From contig JBHLON010000026.1 in the NCBI GenBank assembly GCA_048940445.1, forward strand, positions 1 through 50,681: a stretch of DNA of 50,681 nucleotides, in the 5' to 3' direction. How positions within the stretch are numbered: position 1 is the first letter of the stretch; each line of letters opens with the position of its first letter. Shown piece after piece: positions 20,402 through 29,001 of this stretch. The position numbers were made by a program, and so were the translations under genes. The notes under the pieces are model-generated. The model had not been told where the DNA came from. It worked only from the letters and a program-made list of their open reading frames with translations, and searched no databases. Source of the DNA: Promethearchaeota archaeon (GTDB lineage Archaea > Asgardarchaeota > Lokiarchaeia > Sigyniarchaeales > SOKP01).

Positions 20402-20592
20402 ATATAATTCAATAAAATAATATAGAAGCAATAAAACTTTTAATATAATCGACTTTTTGTTATTCGTATTATTAATAACACTTATAAACTTGAATTGATT
20501 CTATTTAAACAAATAAAGAGAAAAAAAGGGGAGTAGTAAGTAATAAAAATTTGTTTTTTAACATTCATTAAATTGTCTTAAAGGTAGCTGCT

Positions 20593-21285
20593 ATGGAAGA
20601 AAATCAAATAAAACCAACAATAGATATGTCAGTTTTAACAGGAATACGATTACGAATATGGGGTCTTTTAAACGCATATCCGGAATTAAGTTTTACTGAG
20701 TTAGCAAAAAAATTAGGAAAGTCAAAATCTACAATACATCCTCATTTGAAAAAATTAATCGAGCTGGGAATTGTTGAAATTTCTAAAAGAGAACATATTA
20801 GGGCTAATATCGAGGCCCATTATTATTCTTTAACTCCTAATGCTGATGAAATAACCTCAATATCCGTTTATGATCTTTCACAAGGTTATAATAAGGAACT
20901 TGTCCAAAAGACTGCTAAAGCAGGAAAATCTCTAATAGTCTATCATAGAAGACTTTTAGATAGATTTATCAAATTCTTGACATATTTAGCAGAAACTGAT
21001 TCTGATGATATAGTAGAAATTAGAAAAAAAATTTATAAAACGGTTGATTATACAAAACTCGATATAAGTCATTTTTTTGGAGGTTTTTCCTTTCTTACTG
21101 AGAATCAATGGAAGAGATGGCAAAAAATACATTATGAAGTTAGAAGGGAATTTGATAAACAGTGTATCAAGGAGCAAAAGGAAAACCCTAATCAAGAAAA
21201 ATACATATATTGGTTTCACATGGGCATACCTGTTAAAATTCTATTTGAAGAATTGGATTTAAAAAAATTTACAGATAAAAAATAA
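20593..21285 (+). CDS. Winged-helix (ArsR-like) transcriptional regulator
   Basis: RLRIWGLL...LSFTELAKKLGKSKSTIHPHLKKLIELGIV...YYSLT. Confidence 0.88.
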   Translation: MEENQIKPTIDMSVLTGIRLRIWGLLNAYPELSFTELAKKLGKSKSTIHPHLKKLIELGIVEISKREHIRANIEAHYYSLTPNADEITSISVYDLSQGYNKELVQKTAKAGKSLIVYHRRLLDRFIKFLTYLAETDSDDIVEIRKKIYKTVDYTKLDISHFFGGFSFLTENQWKRWQKIHYEVRREFDKQCIKEQKENPNQEKYIYWFHMGIPVKILFEELDLKKFTDKK

Positions 21286-21546
21286 AAAAATATCCCTTTT
21301 ATTAAAAGCAATAAATCTTATTTATTTACTTTTTTTGATAAATAATGCTTTTCCTTACCATTTTGATGGGTTTATAGGATTCTTTTTCTCGTCTTAATCC
21401 TTCTATTCCCAAATCTTTGACTTTTTATTTAAAATAAATCTAAAATAATCGAAACGAAGAAAATGAGAAAGGAATTATTACTACCAGATTTTGGAGCCTG
21501 ATCTTTTAGACGCTTTGTTTCCTTTTCTATATGAATGCACTAAAAC

Positions 21547-22056
21547 TCAAATAATTAATTCTGTTCCACAGGAAACACAAAAATTATTCTTTTTACTGTT
21601 TTCTTCACCGCAAATGGCACAGAATACTTTTGATAAATTCGTAATTTGACCTAACGGAATTTCTTGAATTTTATCAAGATTAGCTAAGAAATTGTAATCG
21701 ACCTCTTTGACTAATTTCATAGGATTAATGCCCATTTCATAAGCCCATTCTTTAATCATGTCTTTTGGTACTTTTGATGGTATACCCCTTCCAAAATTTG
21801 AATATTTGACAGAAACGCTAATATAAGTAGTATTATCAGAAGGATTATAACCAAAAATCATTTCATATGTTTCACCCATAGATGTACCATAAAGATGTAC
21901 TGAAAAACCGTGGCGTATGGTAAGCTTTCGATATAAATTATTCCTAGATATATAATGATCTTTTATTTTAGCTTTATGCTTCTCAAAAAATATTAAGGTT
22001 TTATTCCAAGCATCATCTAAGGATAAATAAGTTGCGTAATATCCATACTTTTTCAT
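21547..22056 (-). CDS. Hypothetical protein with a C-terminal zinc ribbon
   Basis: FCAICG-x8-FCVSCG. Confidence 0.85.
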   Translation of the reverse strand: MKKYGYYATYLSLDDAWNKTLIFFEKHKAKIKDHYISRNNLYRKLTIRHGFSVHLYGTSMGETYEMIFGYNPSDNTTYISVSVKYSNFGRGIPSKVPKDMIKEWAYEMGINPMKLVKEVDYNFLANLDKIQEIPLGQITNLSKVFCAICGEENSKKNNFCVSCGTELII

Positions 22057-22226
22057 AATTTCTAACTTCTATCCTGTTTTGGACTTTTTTTTTTATAAAT
22101 CTATTTATATTTAGTAAGAAAAGAAAAAAAAATTAAAATATATAGGAGCCCAATTTTTGATCTCCGGTTCATTTTGAACGAAAATTGTAGTAATTTTGCA
22201 TCTTATAATTTTTTTCACGTCTATAT

Positions 22227-22805
22227 TTATTTGATGACCCGAAAACGTAGGTTGGTAATCTGATCTGATTGTGAGAAACTAATCAATTCTAGTTCTGTTC
22301 TTGTATCACCATTCCGTCTAAAAAGCGGAACTCCATCGCCAAGTAGGATAGGTGCAATATGGATAAAAATCTCATCAATAAGTCCCGCATCAATACATTG
22401 TCGAGCAACTGAAGCTCCAATAATAACGACATTTTTTCCAGCTGCTGCTTTGAGAGCACGATTAACAGCTTCAGAAATATCACCTTCTAGGAAAGTTATC
22501 AAAGGTTCATCGGATGTATTAGGAGGATGATGTGTAAGTACGAATTGGGGGCCTGTCCACTGGCCTTCATATGGTTGTTGGGTTTCAGGGCGTGCATTTT
22601 CATCCCTCCCTACGTCATAGCTTCGTCTTCCTACTAATAAGGCTCCTGTCGTTCGAATTACCTCATCAATTTCATCCTTGGGATAGGAATAGTTGAAAAT
22701 CCAGTCCATGCTATCACCTGAACCTGAGACGAAACCATCCAATGACATACTCGTATGCCATAAGACAATTCCTTCTGATTTTACAGGTTTTGATTGGTTA
22801 GACGT
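22227..22805 (-). CDS. Dihydrofolate reductase/RibD C-terminal domain protein; frame extends upstream of the called ATG (22748) to an ACG at 22805
   Basis: GIVLWHTS-MSLDGF first strand, GRRSY, GLIDEI..HIAPILLGDGVPLF. Confidence 0.85.
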   Translation of the reverse strand, partial: TSNQSKPVKSEGIVLWHTSMSLDGFVSGSGDSMDWIFNYSYPKDEIDEVIRTTGALLVGRRSYDVGRDENARPETQQPYEGQWTGPQFVLTHHPPNTSDEPLITFLEGDISEAVNRALKAAAGKNVVIIGASVARQCIDAGLIDEIFIHIAPILLGDGVPLFRRNGDTRTELELISFSQSDQITNLRFRVIK

Positions 22806-23047
22806 GCTTATTTAACCATTTTTTTAATATTATTGTTATAATTACTTTTGACAAAATCTTTGTATTAAAAATTTTGATGATAAAATATGTAATTTTTTTG
22901 ATTATCTCCTCTATTAGGAAGGAGGTTATGGGATTATGCACATAAAATATTAAACACAGTATTTTAAGTTCAACTCTCTTTATTACAATTTGATTTATAA
23001 CACTAAATTTTAAAATTGTATGAATTATAAAAAGAGGTGGAAAAAAT

Positions 23048-23929
23048 ATGCAAAAAATAACATTCCATTTGTGGTTTGATAAAGAAGCTAAAGAGGCTGC
23101 TGAATTCTATACTTCCATCTTCGAGGACTCTGAAATTAAAAACTTTGCTAAGCTTCACGACACTCCTTCAGGTTCAGTAGATATGGTAACCATTAAGCTT
23201 TTAGGTCAAGAATTCTCTCTTATCAGCGCAGGTCCACTCTTTAAATTCAATCCATCAGTGTCATTTTTAGTTGCCTGTAAAACTAAGGATGAAGTGGATG
23301 GATTATGGGAAAGATTATCCGCAGGTGGAGTAGTTCTTATGGAGCTTGGGAACTATCCATTTAGTGAGAAATATGGATGGATACAGGATAGGTATGGAGT
23401 TTCATGGCAAATAATGTTTACCACAAGCGAAATAAAGCAAAGAATTATCCCCACACTTATGTTTGTTGGGGATAATTGTGGAAAAGCAGAAGAAGCCATC
23501 AATTTTTACACATCGGTATTTCATAATGCAAAAGTTGGTGATATCCTACGGTACAATTTAGGTGAAGAACCTGATAAAGAAGGAACCATTAAGCATGCTG
23601 CTTTCATACTGGAAAACCAAGAGTTTGCTGCAATGGACAGTGCTCTTGAGCATAACTTTACGTTCAATGAAGCCATTTCCATCATGGTACATTGTGACAC
23701 ACAGGAAGAAATCGACTATTATTGGGAAAAGCTAACTGCAGTCCCAGCTGCAGAACAGTGTGGTTGGTTAAAGGATAAATTTGGTCTTTCATGGCAAGTT
23801 GTTCCTAGGATTATGGAGGAGATGTTGAACGACAAAGATGTGAGCAAAGTAGCACAAGTAACCGAAGCATTTCTCAAAATGAAAAAGTTTGATATCTATA
23901 AATTGAAGAAAGCATATGAGGGAGCATAA
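23048..23929 (+). CDS. VOC/PhnB-family protein (3-demethylubiquinone-9 MTase-like), tandem domain
   Basis: QKIT.HLWF, YGWIQDRYGVSWQ, QCGWLKDKFGLSWQ. Confidence 0.92.
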   Translation: MQKITFHLWFDKEAKEAAEFYTSIFEDSEIKNFAKLHDTPSGSVDMVTIKLLGQEFSLISAGPLFKFNPSVSFLVACKTKDEVDGLWERLSAGGVVLMELGNYPFSEKYGWIQDRYGVSWQIMFTTSEIKQRIIPTLMFVGDNCGKAEEAINFYTSVFHNAKVGDILRYNLGEEPDKEGTIKHAAFILENQEFAAMDSALEHNFTFNEAISIMVHCDTQEEIDYYWEKLTAVPAAEQCGWLKDKFGLSWQVVPRIMEEMLNDKDVSKVAQVTEAFLKMKKFDIYKLKKAYEGA

Positions 23930-24503
23930 TCTGAGGAAAATTATCGCTACAGAATTTTATACGCTAGATGGGCTCATGTCTGATCCAGGTGACTCAATGG
24001 ATTGGGTTTTAAGTTCTTTTGATCTAGAACTAGGTAGATATGAGAGTGAATTATACGAGCAAGCAGATATTTTGCTTCTGGGGAGAGTAACCTATAAAAT
24101 TTTCGAGAGTTATTGGCCAACGGCTGCAACAAATCCAGATACTCCAGAAGGTGATATTGAAATGGCTCATAAGATAAATAATATTACAAAAATTGTATTT
24201 TCTAAGTCTTTAAAAACGTCTAGCTGGAAGAACTCAAAGATATTAAATGAAATTAATACTAAAGAGATTGAGAGAATGAAAAAATCATCTGGTAAGAATA
24301 TTTTAATTGTAGGGAGTGCAAGCATTGTACAACAAATGACGAATCTAGGGCTTATTGATGAATATCATTTTGTAATATTTCCTATAATTTTGGGTAAGGG
24401 AAAACCTCTGTTCAAAAATATACAAGATCGTGTGAAGTTGGATCTTATAGATATAAGGACGTTTAAAAATGGAGTAGATTTAGTTCGGTATCAAAGAACT
24501 TAA
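23916..24503 (+). CDS. Dihydrofolate reductase/RibD C-terminal domain protein
   Basis: TLDG, LLGRVTY, GLIDEY...PIILGKGKPLF. Confidence 0.92.
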   Translation: MREHNLRKIIATEFYTLDGLMSDPGDSMDWVLSSFDLELGRYESELYEQADILLLGRVTYKIFESYWPTAATNPDTPEGDIEMAHKINNITKIVFSKSLKTSSWKNSKILNEINTKEIERMKKSSGKNILIVGSASIVQQMTNLGLIDEYHFVIFPIILGKGKPLFKNIQDRVKLDLIDIRTFKNGVDLVRYQRT

Positions 24504-24694
24504 GTTTATTTTTTTTAATTTTATTTAGAAAACACTAATTTCGAATGATCTTTAGTCAATAAAAAATTCATTAAAGGCAATAACTTTTTTTTCAAAAACT
24601 ACCCTTACTTTTTTTTTAAAGATTTTGATTATATAACTTATAACCAGTTGATTTATATTCCAAATTCGCTCTTTTTAATATAATATATATTTAG

Positions 24695-25141
24695 GTGATA
24701 ACTGAAATGATAGTACGATCAGCTAAAGCAGTTTGGGAAGGTACTATAAAAGAAGGGAAGGGTACACTAAGTGTAGAAAGTAGATCTCTTAATAAAGCTA
24801 AATATTCATTTTCTACAAGATTTCAAGAAGAAAAAGGAAGTAATCCTGAAGAATTAATTGGTGCCGCACATGCAGGATGTTTCTCTATGGCCCTATCTCT
24901 CGGTCTTAGTGAAAAAGGGTATAAACCAGAGAAAATCGAGACTGATGCGCGAGTTCATTTAAACATGGAAGTGGGAAATATTCATATCTCCAAAATCGAA
25001 CTCAACACGATCGCAAAAATACCTAATATTGAAGAGGAAATATTTCAAAATCTTGCAAATTCGGCTAAAGAAAACTGTCCCGTATCTAAAGCGCTAAAAA
25101 ACGTCCCTATTGAATTAGTAGCTAAGTTAATTCAAAAATAA
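24695..25141 (+). CDS. osmC: OsmC-family peroxiredoxin (start probably 24707)
   Basis: A.W.G...G.G, NPEELIGAAHAGCFSM, CPVSKAL. Confidence 0.93.
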   Translation: MITEMIVRSAKAVWEGTIKEGKGTLSVESRSLNKAKYSFSTRFQEEKGSNPEELIGAAHAGCFSMALSLGLSEKGYKPEKIETDARVHLNMEVGNIHISKIELNTIAKIPNIEEEIFQNLANSAKENCPVSKALKNVPIELVAKLIQK

Positions 25142-25161
25142 CTAATAATAACATCTTTCTA

Positions 25162-25824
25162 TTGCATTTTTATACTTTTTTGATGCTTCTAATTATAAAT
25201 ATCGTAGATAAAATGAGTGAACATAAATTTTGGTACGAAAATTGGCCGAAAGCAGGAATTATTGCGGCTGTTTTTCTCTTACTTTTGCTTTTCTTAAATT
25301 CAAAAGCACCTATATGGAGTTTTGAGTGGTTATATTGGTTTAGTTTACCTCTTTATATGATCCACCAATTCGAGGAATACGTATATCCAGGGGGATTTAA
25401 GGAGGAATTAAACAAGATTTTAGTTCGAGGAGAGAGGTCTAGGGAAATTTTAACAGATAGAATGGTTTTGATTATAAATGTAGGATTTATCTGGATTCTC
25501 ACACCAGTATTGATCGTCTTAGGCACTATTTCAATCATTTTTCCAGTGATATTGATGACCATTGTAGCATTTAACGGATTTATTCATATAATTTCAAGTA
25601 TCCGCTTTAGAAGATATAATCCAGGATTAATTGTTAGTGTGATAGGAAATATCCCTCTAGGATTATATGTATTAATTGGGTTGGGATTGAATGCCATAGC
25701 AAGTGGTATTGAGCTGTTTATTGGAATTTTAATTGGTGTTATTCTTCATTTGGGATTACTTATTATTTTAAGGGTGAGATCTCGCAAATATAATAGTACT
25801 TCTACCCTTAATATTAAAAAATAA
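25162..25824 (+). CDS. HXXEE-domain membrane protein (start probably 25213)
   Basis: HQFEEYVYPGGF, YNPGL. Confidence 0.9.
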   Translation: MHFYTFLMLLIINIVDKMSEHKFWYENWPKAGIIAAVFLLLLLFLNSKAPIWSFEWLYWFSLPLYMIHQFEEYVYPGGFKEELNKILVRGERSREILTDRMVLIINVGFIWILTPVLIVLGTISIIFPVILMTIVAFNGFIHIISSIRFRRYNPGLIVSVIGNIPLGLYVLIGLGLNAIASGIELFIGILIGVILHLGLLIILRVRSRKYNSTSTLNIKK

Positions 25825-25860
25825 AGCCAAATAGAATTTTAAAAAACCGAATTAATGTTC

Positions 25861-27018
25861 CTAAACTCTACGTCCGGATAAGATATTCCCTATCATTTTG
25901 AGAGAGCCTATGAAGCCTCTTTTTTTCATCATCATTTTCGCATACATTCTCCCAGAGGTCTTAGGTGGCGAGACATTCTTTCTTTTTTTATAAAGTTTCA
26001 TAGCTTTCATTCCGCAAGTTACAACGCAGTTTCCACATCCAATGCACCTATCCAAATTTACTACTGCTTTGTCGCTCTCCAGTGTGATAGCGTCCATTTG
26101 GCATCGTTTCACACATGTTTCACATCCATTGCAGAGTTCCGGATTCGATTGTGCATAAAAATTGGAAGAATAATATTCAGCCGGTTTAGGAAACTGTTTC
26201 GCCATTTGTAGAACACCACAGCAACACCCACAGCAGACACACATAAAGGAAGGATTTTTACTATTTTCTGGTTGTAGTACAAAACCTTCCTTTTGAAATT
26301 TTTTTAGAATTTCAAACATTTCTTCTTTAGAAACTTCTTTTCCTATTCCATCTTTAATTCGTCTATCCGCAGCATCATTGAACATAACACAGCACCGACG
26401 AATATTTGAAAGTGCACAAGGTTCTTCAAGAACATCATGTTGTTCACGGCATACACAGTTTATTATTGCGATTTTGTCAACTTTTTTTGTGATAATCTCT
26501 CGTATATTATCATAAGTACTGACAGTGTATTCTGGAGAAAGGCTTTTTTCTACGGGAATCGTATGCATTTGGCTGGTTTTCTTTTTATTATGAAATTCTT
26601 CATAAAACACATCAAGTGAGTAGTCTTTAGAGAGTTCGGCAAACTCTTTTGTAATCTTCCCTAATTGATATTCAAAAATACCAATAGCCCATGGAATTAG
26701 TCTATAGCGTCTTCTATTATGTTTTTTATCATATACTGAGCCTCCTCCCTGAATTGCTCCTTTTTCATTCAAATTATTTAACAACTCCTCCAGTCTCTCT
26801 TTTGATATTGAGATACCGCCATTTATAACCCGTTTATAAATCTTATCCAAAGGTTCTGGAAGAGCACTTAAATGGATCGCAATCGCAGCTTCTTCTGGTG
26901 TGAAAAGAAGTTTCAATATTTTTATCTCTAAACCAGATTTATGTGCAGGGAAATCAATGGGCATACGAGTATCAATTTCTCTATGAAGGTTCTTATAAAC
27001 CTCATCACTACTTTGCAA
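25861..27018 (-). CDS. 4Fe-4S dicluster protein (N-terminal HTH-like region, Cys-rich middle, C-terminal ferredoxin)
   Basis: CVCR, CVCCGCCC, CNGCETCVKRC, CIGCGNCVVTC. Confidence 0.9.
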   Translation of the reverse strand: MQSSDEVYKNLHREIDTRMPIDFPAHKSGLEIKILKLLFTPEEAAIAIHLSALPEPLDKIYKRVINGGISISKERLEELLNNLNEKGAIQGGGSVYDKKHNRRRYRLIPWAIGIFEYQLGKITKEFAELSKDYSLDVFYEEFHNKKKTSQMHTIPVEKSLSPEYTVSTYDNIREIITKKVDKIAIINCVCREQHDVLEEPCALSNIRRCCVMFNDAADRRIKDGIGKEVSKEEMFEILKKFQKEGFVLQPENSKNPSFMCVCCGCCCGVLQMAKQFPKPAEYYSSNFYAQSNPELCNGCETCVKRCQMDAITLESDKAVVNLDRCIGCGNCVVTCGMKAMKLYKKRKNVSPPKTSGRMYAKMMMKKRGFIGSLKMIGNILSGRRV

Positions 27019-27302
27019 AATATGATCACTATTTCATTTTTTATTAAAAATTATAATAAATAAACTGATATTAATACAACAATCTTATGGTAATTTATAT
27101 AAGTTAAACTTCTTAAAATGCTTTAATGTTAAAAAAGATGATAGTTAACTTTTTTATCAAATCGTGTTTAAAGATCAAATATGCCTTTTAGAAAGAAGCA
27201 TTATTCTTTCTTTTCAAGATGTTGAATTTAGATTGAAAGAAGATTATTTAAATAAACTTTTAGACTTTTTTTATTAAATAAAGATATAAAGTGATAATTA
27301 CT

Positions 27303-27764
27303 ATGAAAACGATAACCTTAACGATATTTGCCCCGGATCCCGAAAAAACACACTCTAAAGGTGTAAAATATGTCCTTGAGATGGATGAACGTGGATCGAT
27401 CATTGATGCTTTAAGTAAAATTGACAAAGATATGATAGAACATCCAGATAGATCCGTATTTCCCTTATACGAAGGCTTAATTCATAGTTATCTCCAACTT
27501 ATTTGGGATGCTGAAGAGAATAAGATTTATGATGATTGTGGTGTTGATGCATATGGGCCGAACAAGGAATTTATGCCTTTAAGGGACGATGTTGATTTCA
27601 ATTTACTTCCAGATTCTGATATTACAATTATAGTTCATGCTGATTGATGAGCTGACAATATGAAGGAACGTTTAGATTTTGGAGCATTTAAGAGAATCAT
27701 TCGAGAGAAATATGGAAAAGATAATGAAACATTTACTCACTATTTTAGTTTAATAAGAAAATAA
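27303..27764 (+). CDS. Candidate selenoprotein (153 aa, beta-grasp/ubiquitin-like) with two adjacent in-frame UGA codons; minimal ORF ends at 27647
   Basis: ...VHAD-TGA(27645)-TGA(27648)-ADNMKERLDFGAFKRIIREKYGKDNETFTHYFSLIRK-TAA(27762-64), followed by a SECIS-like hairpin. The CDS itself is confident; readthrough is inferred. Confidence 0.65.
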
Positions 27765-27773
27765 ATTAAAAAG

Positions 27774-27817
27774 TTGGAATGAATTCTTTCAAAAAAGCTT
27801 AGTGAAAGAACGACCAT
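27774..27817 (+). ncRNA. SECIS-like cis-acting RNA element (eukaryote/Loki type) in the 3' UTR
   Basis: TGG-A-ATGA-A-TTCTTTCA-[AAAAAGCTTAG]-TGAAAGAA-C-GA-CCA: AUGA/GA core, perfect 8-bp upper stem, A-rich apical loop, short TGG/CCA lower stem. Confidence 0.7.
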
Positions 27818-27983
27818 AGGATTGTGTCCTATAATATAAGCACATTTAATGAATAACCCCATCTCTGCGACTTTTTCTTTAATGGAGTAATTATAATAAC
27901 ACATTTGCTGAAAAAGTTTAATTATAATAGCTAATTATAAATATTGAATCAAAAAAATAATATTAAAAAAGGGGTATATTAAC

Positions 27984-28442
27984 GTGAAAGTACTTATTGT
28001 ATATTATTCAAAATATGGAAATACAGAAAAAGTGGCTAAATTAATTGCAGAAGGTATTACTTCTACTAATAGTCATGAAGTAATAATTGAGAACGTCAAA
28101 GATGTAAAGCTTAAAAAAGAAGCTTCCTATGATTTAATTTTAATGGGGTCTCCGGTTCATTTTGGAAAACATGTAGGGGCGATAAAGAAATTCATTGATA
28201 AACTTCCAAAATCTCAATTAAAGGCAAAAACTTATGCTGTATTTGATACCTATATAAAGACTGATTTTGAGAGCGGTGTTAAAAAGATGGAGAAACAGAT
28301 AAGTGAAGTGATGCCTGATTTAACAAAAGCAAGTTCTGGACTATCTATAAAAGTGGAGGGTACAGGGACTTCGAAAGGGCCTATAGTGAATGAAGAGCTT
28401 CCAAAATGTAAAGAATTCGGAATCAAATTAGCACAAGGATAA
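27984..28442 (+). CDS. Flavodoxin
   Basis: IVYYSKYGNTEKVA, GSPVHFG, AVFDT. Confidence 0.92.
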   Translation: MKVLIVYYSKYGNTEKVAKLIAEGITSTNSHEVIIENVKDVKLKKEASYDLILMGSPVHFGKHVGAIKKFIDKLPKSQLKAKTYAVFDTYIKTDFESGVKKMEKQISEVMPDLTKASSGLSIKVEGTGTSKGPIVNEELPKCKEFGIKLAQG

Positions 28443-28589
28443 AAATACATGCTTTAAATGTAAAGTAAGACATAAATTTAGAGAAACTTAAGTTTTTTTA
28501 AAAATTACTTTAACAAAAAAGTAAAATATTTAATTAGATACTATCTTAAAACTACATGTACAACAAAGGACAAAATTTAGTGAAATATT

Positions 28590-28916
28590 ATGAAATATAA
28601 ATGCAAAATATGCGGGAATGTCTTTAAAGCAGAAAGCTTAAACATAACTTGTCCAAGATGCCAAAAAAGTGGAGTAGTTCCCTATGATGAGCACTTTTAT
28701 ATGCTCTTAATTTCCTTGGGTTTATTATTAATTTGGTTCTCTATTGGCACGCCTGTTTTTGCTGTTATTCATGTAAGTATGTACTGGATTTTGGCTGGGG
28801 TTATAATATTAGGATCTCTTGCAGTTTTGGAATTAATTTTATGGATTAAAAACAAGATAAACTCTCCCGAGTATTATATTGATAAATCAACTAAAGAAGT
28901 ACACTATTATGAATGA
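28590..28916 (+). CDS. Zinc-ribbon membrane protein
   Basis: YKCKICG...CPRC followed by 2 TM segments. Confidence 0.8.
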   Translation: MKYKCKICGNVFKAESLNITCPRCQKSGVVPYDEHFYMLLISLGLLLIWFSIGTPVFAVIHVSMYWILAGVIILGSLAVLELILWIKNKINSPEYYIDKSTKEVHYYE

Positions 28917-29001
28917 AAGCACTATATAAACATATTTTCTTAATTTCTTTAAAGAAATCAACGAAAATCATTTTAACAATGCCAGCTTTATAACTTTGTA
29001 A

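Noticed and set aside
21326-21540. Coding-like fragments on the minus strand (KVKDLGIEGLRREKESYKPIK...)
   Set aside because: Interrupted and not assignable to a family; similar faint remnants near 4640-4720, 19060-19200, 31090-31200 and 42890-43100 are also unsupported.
27849-27895. Second ATGAA downstream of the selenoprotein candidate, considered as another SECIS
   Set aside because: Only weak pairing (CCAT/ATGG) and no correctly placed GA.
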